64,000 bases of DNA. Source: Ascidiella aspersa. Its lineage: Eukaryota. The DNA is taken from positions 22,754,001 to 22,818,000 of the forward strand of contig OZ004612.1 of NCBI GenBank assembly GCA_963924565.1. The letters run 5' to 3'. Of the stretch, positions 48,007 to 59,882 are shown piece after piece. The position numbers and the translations under genes were made by a program. The notes beneath the pieces were generated by a model, which searched no databases, was not told the DNA's origin, and saw only the letters and a program-made list of their open reading frames with translations. Numbering within the stretch: position 1 is the stretch's first letter; every line of letters begins with the position of its first letter.

Positions 48007-50299
48007 ATCTGCCACAATTCTACACTGCAAATAATAATAATGGTCCTTTCACACAACTATGCAACAAAGACAACCAATAAATCAAAGTCCAAGCAGCCAG
48101 TCATCACTTTGTTATTTGTTTTTTTCATGCATGAATGGCTATTGCGGTGAAATGCGGAGTTGGCCAGCCAGCCAGCCAGACCGGCAGGCGTCCCCTAAAT
48201 CACAAACTTTGAGACTACTTGCGTTAATTGAACGTACAAAAGTTTGTAACATTACTTCTGCGTGTCTATTTTTCTTTAATACTAACGAAGGCCATATGTA
48301 AACTAATTAAAGTTACAATATGGCGAATAGTAAAGAATAACCACGCCACGTTAACAATATATTTTCTGTTGTTTACTCTATTTAAAAAATATAGAAATGT
48401 ACTACTTTTTTGCTGTGTTTATCACCGGACTTATCTAAATATCAAAAATGTTTACCTCTTTTATCAACAATTTTTAGCAATTCAAATCTTCTCAACTTTC
48501 CTTAAATTCAATTATTGAGCTTGCGCAACCTATAGAAATAACACTTCGTTCCGATCGAGTTCATTTAAAGTAATAACGTCGGTGAACTAAGTAGCATCAT
48601 TGATAAAAAAGTGCGGTGCACACAAGTTATCTTTAATAAATTAGATTGTAGTTAAAACTGTCAACTGTTTGAATCAATTTGTTGAATTACCCCCCCATAC
48701 TTAATTTTTTTAATGGTCACAATACTCAAACTTGATTGTCGTTAGGAATTGCCTGAATTTCACTTTAGCTTGCACAATTTTCTTCCACCTAAGTGGACGC
48801 GTGTTTTATTAAATGTTTATCCGAATCCTTATGCTATATATATGGCTAATCACAAATGTAAAACTAGAAAATCTTTCTTAGGTATTGGTGCATCGTAAAG
48901 GAAACCATCGTTCATTGATTTTTTCTTTCGGAATCCGGTTTAGTTACGGTTTCGGTTCGGAGCAATTCAAAAGTTCCGATTCAGCTCTGATTCGCCTAGA
49001 TTTATTTAAAAAAGTGGTTTATAAAATTCCGGTTCGGATACGAGTGTTGCGTTAACAAGTGTATGGAAAAAACATAGGACTGCAACTACTTAATTCAATT
49101 TCGCGGCGTATTAAATAGCAAGCAACTCTTATTAAAACATCTAAAAAATAAAAAAACAAGGTTTTATTCATTAAACATTATTTTTTTTCATAAAATTTCG
49201 AATATAGTATAACTTGACTCTGTAAAACACAACTTGCATCATGCTAGAGTGAACTGTCTTTTTAAAAGGTTCGGATTTGGTTAAGGTTTAGGTACTTTTA
49301 AAATATTCGGCTCAGTTCGGTATTTTTGCAAAATATAAGTCTAGTCTCAAGTCAAGTCCCTATTAAAAGAAGTCAACTTCAAGTCAAGTTATTCACATAA
49401 AAATAAAACGTTTTATTACAATTGGTAACCTTGTCCGAGTCCGTTAGTGAGCATTACCTCAATTGAAAAGTAACATAGAGCAAGCAAATTGTTTTACATT
49501 CAAAAATATAGATGAATAAATCAATTCTAATATAAAAATATTTCATAAAAACAAAACCCAAGTTAGTTGACACATGTCCGAGTCACGTCAATTGTCCAAA
49601 AGACTTAAGACATTTTCTTCAAAATACTTGGGTCACGTTAATTAAAAAAAAATAATGACTTAAGTGCACTAAATCAAGTCATTGACTTATGTCATTACAA
49701 CACTGCCTATAGCATAAAAGACACTTTCTTTCCCTAGCCTGTTTATCGAATTTTACCTAATTATTTATTTAGCTGGCGTTCAAATATGCTACTTCAAATC
49801 TCTTATCGTTATCCGATATTGATGCTGATGCCATATCTGAAATCAATAGATCTTCACATGAAACGTATCTGAGTCATATGTCTTTGACAGGATAAAGAAA
49901 GATCGTATATAGCAAGCGTTCGGGAAAATCTTTTACAGTTTCACGCTTGGAAATTTATTACCACGAAACAGAAATGCCCTAAGGTGTTTGGAATTTTATA
50001 TTCGGTTAGACACGAAATTATTTGGATCAGGCCTGACTGCATTCCATAATTTGTGGCCGCCATAGATTCACGCCAAAACCTTTTTCGGCGAAAATCCTAC
50101 GCCAAAATAGGACGCAAGTACGCAAAAAAGACAATTTTTTCTTGGTAAATCCACTAGGCTAGCGATATTTTACGCCAAATGACGTCATAGTAGTACTATA
50201 AAATAAGTGGTAAAGTTTCCTCACATATGTTGTTTTCCTTATGCTTATTTGAAAACTTATTCGAAAGCCAAAGTGACGATTTTCACACCGTTATATCGC

Positions 50300-50910
50300 C
50301 ATGGAATACGATCGTCCAGCATTCCTTTTATTATGTGGCCTGAAAAAAAAAATTTGTGGCCCGAAAAAAAAAATTTTTTTTGGCACATGTTGTTTTTGGC
50401 CGAATTATTGGCCGAAAAAAAAATTTTTTTTTTGGACACATGTTGTTTTTGACCGAATTATTATGTGGCCCGAACAAAAAATAATGCATAATCATAATAA
50501 TTCGGACAAAAACAACATGTGTCCGATAAAATTTTTTTTTAAGTAGAATATATTTATTGGTGCGCGGAGTAACTAACGTTATGGAATACGATCGGCCAGC
50601 ATTCTTTTTATTTCTTTTAAATTTGTCCACAGTATTCTTTTTCTGCCAGGCTGGTAAACGATAATTGTCTGTTGCAAGATGGATTTGTTTTACACTTGGG
50701 ATGTCTAATACAAAGAACTTCGAATTCGTTAAAGTGGTGACCTGCCTACCATGCTTATCGCACTCTCATTTGCGCCGTAAGCAAATGTTTATTGTTTGCC
50801 ATTGCCATTAACGCTCTGTTTAGCGAGGTTTCGGAGAGTCTACTCGACCATGTCGCTTCTTACAGCACACATGTAAGTAGAATATATTTATTGGTGCGCG
50901 GAGTAACTAA
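50300..50910. repeat. Rearranged A/T-tract repeat with internal direct and inverted duplications
   Basis: atggaatacgatcg.ccagcattc occurs at 50301 and 50581. aagtagaatatatttattggtgcgcggagtaactaa occurs at 50541 and 50875. cacatgttgttttt.ccgaattatt occurs twice forward and once inverted. Confidence 0.7.
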
Positions 50911-52000
50911 TGTTTAACTGTGAGAAAACGCAGCTTACACTATAGGTCAGCAAACAAGTAAGCAGCGGTAAGCGCATTGAATGTCAAACAAGGTATGGGC
51001 TAAATCAAAGCTTCACAAACATTTATGTATAGGATACCTTTTTTAGGTTTAATAAAAACTGTTCGTGTTCTTTTAAGTTTAGTAGTGATGGGAGAATATT
51101 TCTCGTTGCCTGCTACGGCTCGCGTTTGGAGAAGTAAGCGCAACTGGTTTGTGTTTTCTTTTGTTTTAAAGTTGCTATTCGGAAGTCAGAAAAAGTATAT
51201 ATAAAGCTTCACCTGAAGTTAATAACCCCTATACTCGCAAACTCTATTTTTTCGCGAACTACATGTTGAATCGTTCTGGCTTAGATCAGTATTAGTTAAC
51301 AATTAAACAACGACTCTTTGTCAATTAAGCAACGACTCTTTGTCCTTTCTTGCGACAGACAGCACAAAGCAGGCGAATTACTGCGAACAATGTATCTCAT
51401 TAAGGCAGGTATTTCGACCTTATGCAATAATCCAGGTGTATTTTTTTCATAATATTTACAACTTCTTGAAAACCTATATGTTACCTTTAAACGGCAGAAA
51501 TCTTTTTTTATTTATTTTTTCACTGAAACAACTACCAGGAACTACCAGGAGTATAAAAAGACAACAATTGTTATTGAACTTTACACCAAAGAGGAAAGGA
51601 AGATTAACCAAACGCTTAAAACCCATAAAATATCATTGTAAATATATAATTGGCAAGTGTGTTTGTATAATTAGTCTTGGCAGTTTTTTGGTAGTAGTGG
51701 CAAGTTTAGCACCGAGTATAATACATACTTTGTCAAAGCAAAATGATTAAATGCAACCCTATTGACAAAACAGTAAACAATGTAAATCAGTTATGCCGGC
51801 CTGGCCATATACGATATTAAACAGAAGCGCTTGGCAAATAGTTTGTAAAACGTTTAGCAAAATTGCTCACGTTTTTTTCTGACGCAGCGCTTTTATCATA
51901 CTTGTAGTAGGGAGCGAGATGGATGATTTTTAGGTCTTATATGCTTTCTTTAATCCTATTCTACCATAAGAACCGGGAGTAAGCACAAGCCGGCAGCTAA

Positions 52001-55000
52001 ATGCAAAAGAAAAATGCAATTAAAGAGGTAAGGCAAATTTTCGTTACCTGCAATTTGTTGTCGCCCTCTAGAGTCCACCGCCCTACAGCACGCACACCTC
52101 GCATGCACATATTGGCATTCTGCTGGCGTCCCTAAGACAGTGTAATTATTGGTTTACGTTGAAATGATAATTGCATTCTGTGCCCGCAATAACCGTACGT
52201 ATATTGTGTATCGGTGTACAGCTTTACTTTGACGCCCATGGGTAACCATCTAAAAGGGAATACAACACTCCTGGGACTTCAGCCATAAGACCGAGATGAA
52301 AACAACATCAACGTCGTAATAAAACACAATTTGGAATAAGACCAAAATAGGACTAACACCTAATAGTCGCAGTACCGTTTAGATCGGAATATTTCCTAAA
52401 GCCGTCGGAATAAAAACTAAGTGGTCAAAATCTGGCATAAACAACACTACCAACTCCCCTTACAATTTCAACCCTAAACCATTTTTTAACTCCACCCATT
52501 ACCCACCAATAACCCGGAACAGGACCGGTGCCAAAACAGCGGTGCCCTAACGGCGCCGGTCAAACTTGGGCGTCCCAACATCGTCACTAAAACAGCCGAT
52601 CCCAGACCGACGGCCCCCAATCGTCCCATACCCTCTTCCTACAGTTTCATCTATATTCCCATACCCTCTTCCTACAGTAGGCGTTATTTTGGCCATTTAC
52701 GCCTTATCAGGATGAATTTAGGACGTATTCCGGCAGATTTAGAATAAAATGTGTTTTATTTTTAATTCAGGAAGTCACTCCAAGATGTTACATCAAAGCC
52801 AGACATTCTCTAGTCTTGCTTCAATTCTTTGGGATGGTGGGTGTACAGTTTATACGACACAATGTCAGCATTGCAGTTGTTGCTATGGTTAACACAACGT
52901 CACGCCAAGATGACATTTATGTTTCAACCAACTTTTCATGCCCGGATCGCACAAGCACTACAGATCAAACTAAAAATGTGAGATGCCACCTTGCAGTATT
53001 TTCCACCTTTTTACGTCACGGCTTGTTTTTACCATTTTCTTAATTATACGACCAATCATTTTAACGAAAAAGGATTCAATACATCGCAATAAAGTCCAAA
53101 GAAGTGTATGCCAAAGTTATAAAAACATAACATATCGTTTTTTTCTTTTACCCGGACTATAAAAAAATATGCCAGTAAACTTCATGGACCACTTAAAAAG
53201 CTTTGAAGCAATCATCGGTAGAGGACCACTCATAGAAAAGCGATGGTGATATTGGTGGATTTAAACAAAAATATTCTGATATGTCTAAAGAATAACCATA
53301 CACTCAACGATGAGATTTCTTATTAGCTATCGATCGCTAAAAGATAAGTAATCGCATCCCGTATCTCAGTTTTGCGAATTGTTCTTTCATGTGTGTTCAA
53401 ATAAGAAAATGTACCCAGACAGAAAAATGACTATAACCCATACTACTCAATTCAGAACGGAGTTTTTCATTGGAATCGCGCCGAACAGGGCTTAATATTG
53501 GGTTGCTACTTCTACGGCTATACAGCTGTAAGTATCCCTGCATCTTGGGTGTCCAAGCGCTTTGGAATTAAATACACAGTTGGCATATCTTCACTTGTTG
53601 CTTCCGTTTTAACGATTGGAACTCCTTTTGTTGCCTACTATAGCTTTGAACTGCTTGTGGTTGTGAGAGTGCTGATCGGTGCATTTCAAGTAAGAAAGTT
53701 AGGTAAATGATTTTCTAAATTGGTATAATAGTTTTATAATAGGCTAGTTATCTTTGTATAGTTAACGGTGTCATTGCGAGGTATATTTTTTAGCACTTTG
53801 AGTATGTTTTTGTATCTTTTTTACTAACAGGCTATTAACCTGCCGGCTATGATTGGTTCTTGGGGAGTGTGGGCTCCAGTTTTGGAAAGGAGTTTTCTCG
53901 TTTCCTTTTGTCTTTCCGGTTATTCAGCCGGTTCCTTCCTCAACCTTTTCTTATCGGGAGTTATTGCTGAAAATCTGGGATGGGAAGCTGTTTTCTACTT
54001 TTCTGGTTTATCCAATAATATTATCAGACATTATTGAACAACATCTTTTAAGCTTGGCACTTAATTCTTAAGTTTCATTTTGTAGGTGGAGGTTATTTTA
54101 TTTGGAGTGTCATGTGGATGGCATTAGTATACAATACGCCGGACGAACATCCAAGAATTTCAAAACAAGAACTTACATACATTAATGCAACTTCAAATCA
54201 TGACAATGAGGACGTAAGTATTGTGTGCGTATCGACTAAAGTCTTAAAATGTTTTGTTCGCAACATTGGTTAATACACTAAAAACATTGTATATTTTGCA
54301 AATATTTGAAAAAAACTCTGTTTATACCATCGATCTGGATTTTTGTCAATGCTTATAGGTAAAACATTTTGCATTGGGTTGAATAAACAGCTTTTTTTGT
54401 TTTTACTACGACCCGCCGCTGACATAAATTTCTTGGTTTTTTTTTTCGGTCCGTTGACATTGTTTATAACAGGGGTTCCAAATCTTTTTACGGTCTCGTA
54501 CCACTTGAACGCGCTGTGCTGCCAAGCGTACCACTTCTTGAAGAATAACTAATTTGATCGAATAAGATTTTTATCTACTTTTAGCTTACAACTAGCATTA
54601 TTCAACGCAATTTGTAAAGTAAGCAATAAAACAGTAGGTGATATCTATAGACCCGAGAGAAATCATTTGACATAATTAACGCCCACTGTCCCAGAGTGTT
54701 GTAGAGATTTTCAAAGCAACTGTGCTCTTCGTTGACAATTGACATGACATCTATTTTGAAGATCGTAACGATACGAAACAACAGGGATAGTGCGCGTACC
54801 ACAGGTTGGGAACCCCTGGTTTATAACATAAACAAATACTGAAATTAAACATATAACCAGAGTTGCGGGACTTGACGGAGTCCGTTTGTTTTGCTGGAGT
54901 CGGACTCTGGTCTCGAAGTTCGACTAAGACCACGTAAAACTACCCAAACCCAGCGAGTCCTAAGTGCGCATGCGCAGTACCAAATTTCGAAACTGATAGG

Positions 55001-58000
55001 ACCGCAAACTGTAAATTGACATAATGTGTTTAAATAGTTTCCAACGATGTATTGTGGGTGGATGAATTATATGACACTCCTATTAGAGAATTACAGAATA
55101 TCAACCTTATTTTATAGTTACGTAAATGGGTGAAATACAGGTAGACTCAAAGACACATTTGGCCGGGGTCGGACTTGGGACTTTGGTTAAATTTTTGGCC
55201 GGAGTCGGACCCGGGAGTTGGACTCGAGTTATTCAACCTCCGCAACCCTGCTTATACCCTGGCTCGTGAAATATGCGATCTTTTGTTTTTGTTTAGAAGT
55301 TGAAAGAGGCGAAAGCACCTTGGAAACCCATGTTAACTTCCATGCCACTATTAGCGATTTGCGTGGCGTCTTTTACAAGCAATTGGGGTTCGCAAACGAT
55401 ATCATCGATGTTACCCACTTATTTGGCCACCGTGTTGCGTTTCAACGTGTCAGCCGTAAGTGGAGTTTAAGATATGAAGGCCTATCTTATGATAATACCT
55501 TAAGAAGTACTGAATGCTTAAAAAAACACAACAATATTTAAGTAAGTATGCATATTCCAGTGAAATATGTAGAACACAAATCAAGCGTTTTTCGTTGCTA
55601 GCTACAATAAATGTACAATAGTGTTTTAATCCAAACCATGTCCACTATAATATAGTTTATCTCAATTTTAACTTTATATAAAATAAACCAAAACCAAGAA
55701 GTAAAACGATTTAAAATTATATTTTAAGTTGATTTATCATACTGTATATTATCCTTCAACTTAAACTTCCATTTTTTAATACCTATCACGACGTTTTCGT
55801 ATTATAACAACAGCTATTTCTCAAATTTATTTTTGTAAAATTACCACTTTAAGGATTATTGTACCTCAAATAAGCAATTATAATTTGTATTTGTTTTCAA
55901 TTTGACGTTCTGAGATTTTGCGTAATTTTGACTGCGCCATTTTAGAGCGGCCTTCTTTCTGCCTTTCCGGAAATTCTAAAATGGTTGTTAATGATGGCTG
56001 CTGGTTACTTGACGGGACTTATTCAACTGAAAACAGCAGTTTCGATTGGAACTTTAAGAAAAATAAACCAAACCATTTCACTACTTGCTAGCTCTCTATT
56101 TCTTGTGCTTGCTGGTTACGTGGAATGCAATGTTGAGGCTGCTGTTGCTTTCTTTTGCCTGTCAATTGCATTTAACGCATTTACAGGTAGGGTGCACTTC
56201 ATGTTGTCGCAATCTGCTGTATAGACTTTACAGTCATAAGTACCGGAAAAAGTTTGACTTGAGAGTGATTTCATGCTGTTTTGTTTGAGCAGAGCTTGAC
56301 CTGTTGTTCAGTTTGCAAAATTTACAATAAATTTGCTTTAAAAACTACACTGCATTTTAAATTTTTGTTTTAGAAACAAAAACATGTTTTGGTATTTTTT
56401 TTGGTAATGCATTTAGCTCCGGGTTGTTTGGCAAATACGGTTGACATCGCACCTCGTTTTGCCGGAATATTGTTCGGGATCATTAACACCATCGCCAATA
56501 TTCCCGGCTTTCTAGCCCCACAAGTAATCGGTCTTATCTTATTCGACAATGTAAGTATATCAGATTGCCGAAAATAGGCCTTGCTGAAGTAGGCTATATC
56601 AAGTTATAATTAACTTGTTTTCAGTAGCATCATGATTTAGTATTGGTTACAATTATACTCAACTATACTCAATTATACTCAAGAATTCATAACCTTTGTG
56701 ATATGTTTTCGTGTTTGTGAACTAGCAGTAGGCCTAAGTTTAAAACATTGTTATGTCATTCTTTTTACAATTAGTTTACAAAATATATAAACACAAAAAA
56801 TGAATAAATTTTATTCATTTCATATAAAGCACTTTCGATTCTTGGAAATCTTTCAATTTCAGAACTCAGTAAGTCAATGGCAAATCGTATTCTGGATAGC
56901 AGCAGGCGTGTCAATTGCTGGAGCTGTCTTTTATTTGGCTTTTGCTTCCGGAGAAGTTCAACCGTGGGCCAAAGCGGTTTTATTGAATTCAGATGTAAAA
57001 GCCAAAGGTAATTTTCTTTATGAAAACCTAACAGCCATCCCGCATGACAACGTCAGAAAAGTCACATTACATGCCTTTCTTGCGTAATGTGATTTCCAAA
57101 ATTATGCGTAATGTGATTTCCAAACGTCTAATATTCAAAGTTTTGTTTAAAACAGGGGTCGGCAACCTTTTGCTAGTCGCGGGCCAAACCAACCTCAGCA
57201 AGTTCTTGGCGGACCGTAATAAATTTTCACAAAAATTTTGTTATAAAAAGGTATGGTTTTTAATCATTCTAAATCGGGTTCGGACCTAAACGTTTTGTGC
57301 AATTTGAATAAAAATATCTATTTTATACTAAAAACTTAACGCGCGAAAAATTGCGTTTGATTGGTTTAAAATGCCATTCAATTTGCAAGACATGACGCAT
57401 TGCGCGCACACAAAAGTTAAATTTGACACATTTTCTGATAAACCCCAATTTTATCATAAAAGACGGAATTCATCGGAGAAAAGATTAAGTCGGAGAAACT
57501 TTCATTTTAGAGAGTTCCAAGCTACGATTAGTTTCCACTTAGATAGTTTTCATGCGCACGGCCCTTTGGTCTTAGAAGACTCCCTCAAAAGGAAAATGTG
57601 TAATTGAAAGTGAAACAAGACGACTCGCGCAAAGCGCGAAAATTTTTTGCATTTTTGTATGGTTCAAAAAGTTAAAAATATGGCGCATGGCCTTGTGTCT
57701 GGTTTAAAAAAAGAGGTCGCGGGCCGGATGATTTTTACTGGCGGGCCGTAAGTTGCCGACCCCTGGTTTAAAAAATGTATACAGTTTTGCTTGTCTATAT
57801 ACGCGTCGACGAAGCAGTGATCGAAGGAGAAATATGCTGCCCTTTTGCGCAATAAGATTTAATATGTCCGTTTCGTACTGTCATACGCATTCAGCTTGTC
57901 TAATGGCTAGAAATCGTATACGAGTACAAATATACTATGTTTCTTATTGTATTTTTCTTTCAGACCCGAGTCAAGACTGTTATCCTATTATGCAGAATAT

Positions 58001-58031
58001 TGTCGAAGAAGCAAGAAGCGAGAGAGTTTAA
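52001..58031 (+). CDS. SLC17A5-like: SLC17 family (sialin/NPT/VGLUT-like) MFS anion transporter, 10 coding exons, about 505 aa
   Basis: Exons 52001-52027, 52771-52977, 53456-53689, 53831-54005, 54086-54213, 55297-55455, 55946-56186, 56417-56550, 56863-57007, 57964-58031. Total 1518 nt, open frame. Family motifs: RHNVSIAVVAMVN, FHWNRAEQGLILGCYFYGY, WAPVLERS, GWEAVFYFSG, NTPDEHPRISKQELTYI, PWKPMLTSMP, LPTYLATVLRF, DIAPRFAGILFGIINTIANIPGFLAP, WQIVFWIAAGV..GAVFYLAFASGEVQPWA. AATAAA at about 58069-58078. The start codon is uncertain (see findings). Confidence 0.93.
54470..54818. mobile_element. hAT MITE in an SLC17 intron
   Basis: TIR caggggttcc / ggaacccctg, perfect TSD gtttataa, subterminal cgtaccac. 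Confidence 0.9.
54858..55250. mobile_element. hAT MITE with ggagtcggac subrepeats
   Basis: Termini cagagttgcgg / ccgcaaccctg, flanks catataac / cttatacc. Confidence 0.7.
57153..57765. mobile_element. hAT MITE in the last SLC17 intron
   Basis: Perfect 14-bp TIR caggggtcggcaac / gttgccgacccctg, perfect TSD gtttaaaa, subterminal gcgggcc. Confidence 0.92.
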
Positions 58032-59882
58032 AATCAGCAGCAGTCAACCATATGCTGTGATTTCGTTAAATAAATAAAAATCCTTTTTACTCAACTATGT
58101 TTGCCTTTCTTACCAATGTCTAAAATAGCAAGTTTAAAACATTGCATGTCACATTTTATGTGCCCAATAATTGTCATTCTATAATGCCGAGGAAAAAGTT
58201 TTTATGTGAAAGCGACATTCGTTTACAAAGTAATAATTTATTATGAACCGTATGTATAGCCAGCTCAATCCACTTGATCTTTGAAAGAATATGCATGGGT
58301 GCCAATGAGATACGAAACCACGAATTCGGCCAAAAATTCCTAATAGTTCTATAATCTAAATTTATAATAAGCACAACAACATTCTGTCTCAGACTATAGC
58401 CACCTCTTTCACTCGCTCGCACAGTTGTCGTGCATTCGTGTGCTACACATGGCCAAGTTTTATTTTTTATTTAACTGTTTTGTTTGCGCTTATAAAAATA
58501 ATTGTTCCACAAAGCATTTTTCAGCCTTTGTTTTTAATTATACTCTCCTAGGATTGAAACAGCAGGTTTTAACCAAAAATATTGTAAAACATTTAGGCGA
58601 ACAAAACATTTTGTTTGAAACTATTTCTATTTATAGCATTTGAGAAAATATACCCAATACCCAATAAAAATCCCGAAAAAAATGCATTATTTACGACCTA
58701 GTAATAAGGTGTTCGTACCTGCAAATCCCATGCAATCCCCTGGGGCACTTAGGTTTGGTTCGCATATAACGCATTTTACCTATAGTTGGCCGTTTGAACC
58801 ACATGGTTATGATTTGTAGTCTATGTAGTAATGCTTAGGCCACATCCACCCTGCTTGCGCTATAATTGTTTAATAATGCTTCGTTCGCCGACGGGGCTTG
58901 CTAAAAGCAAGATTGGAGATCCGTTGTTTGGGTTGTGAGTGCGGGCAAACACGCACTAATTTCCAGACTCCTGGTTAGGTAGTTACTAGTTGCTGTGTAA
59001 TAAACTGAGCGTTTGATTTAAAACTTTGATTGTACCCAAACAATGTGATATGTATAAATGGTAGAGAGCAATGAGTGAAACAGAAAATATTATCCAGCCA
59101 TAGACAGATAAATGTAATTATCAGTTATGACACAAATCATCGTGTTTGTACGATTTCGGATCTTCAGGTCACTTACGCAAAGTTATTCTTGAAGTATTAG
59201 GTAATCCCCATACGTTATTCGTTTGTGTATACGACGAGATTTTGCTTAGTGTATTCAAAAAAAAATAGTATTCAAATAAAAAAGGCCGTCGTTTAAGCTA
59301 AGGAAAAGATAATCGCTATATCCGTTTTGAGAGTCTCATATACAATCGTAAGGTTAGATAACGTCCCAATGTCCACTTGTAGCGTTGTCGAATCTGTAAC
59401 CTGATTTGAAATCAAACTAAGTCTGCTTGAGACGGCATAAGGTTGCAATGTTTAAGATAAAGAATCGAACCTGGTCATAGCAGCTTACAGCTAGTCCCCG
59501 TCTAATAGATACGCTTTATCTTATTTCGGATTCATAGAAAAATTTTCACGAAACATCAGAAGTCAGCATATTCGTTCGTCCAGCGACTTGGCAACCCTTT
59601 TTACACTGGTAACATGTGTCACCATTCACTGGTTTGCTGCAGCTAGCTAAAAAGATGTCGCCTTTACCTGTCCAGCACTATACAGCACGTGGTGGTTGTC
59701 AATCATATTTTATGAAAAATAAACGAAACTCAATAACTCCTGTTCCAGAATGATTTCTTTAGTTTTTAGGAACCTAATAACGCCACGTTGAAGTGGGATC
59801 AGATTATAATTTGCGCCATTAGACACTACGTTAAAAGGTTAAGAACTAATGTTATAGCAATTTTGCTAAATTGTTTGATCAG

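Noticed and set aside
58820-59040. GC-richer segment as a possible tRNA-derived SINE or ncRNA
   Set aside because: I could not find convincing A/B boxes, a cloverleaf or a second copy in the window.
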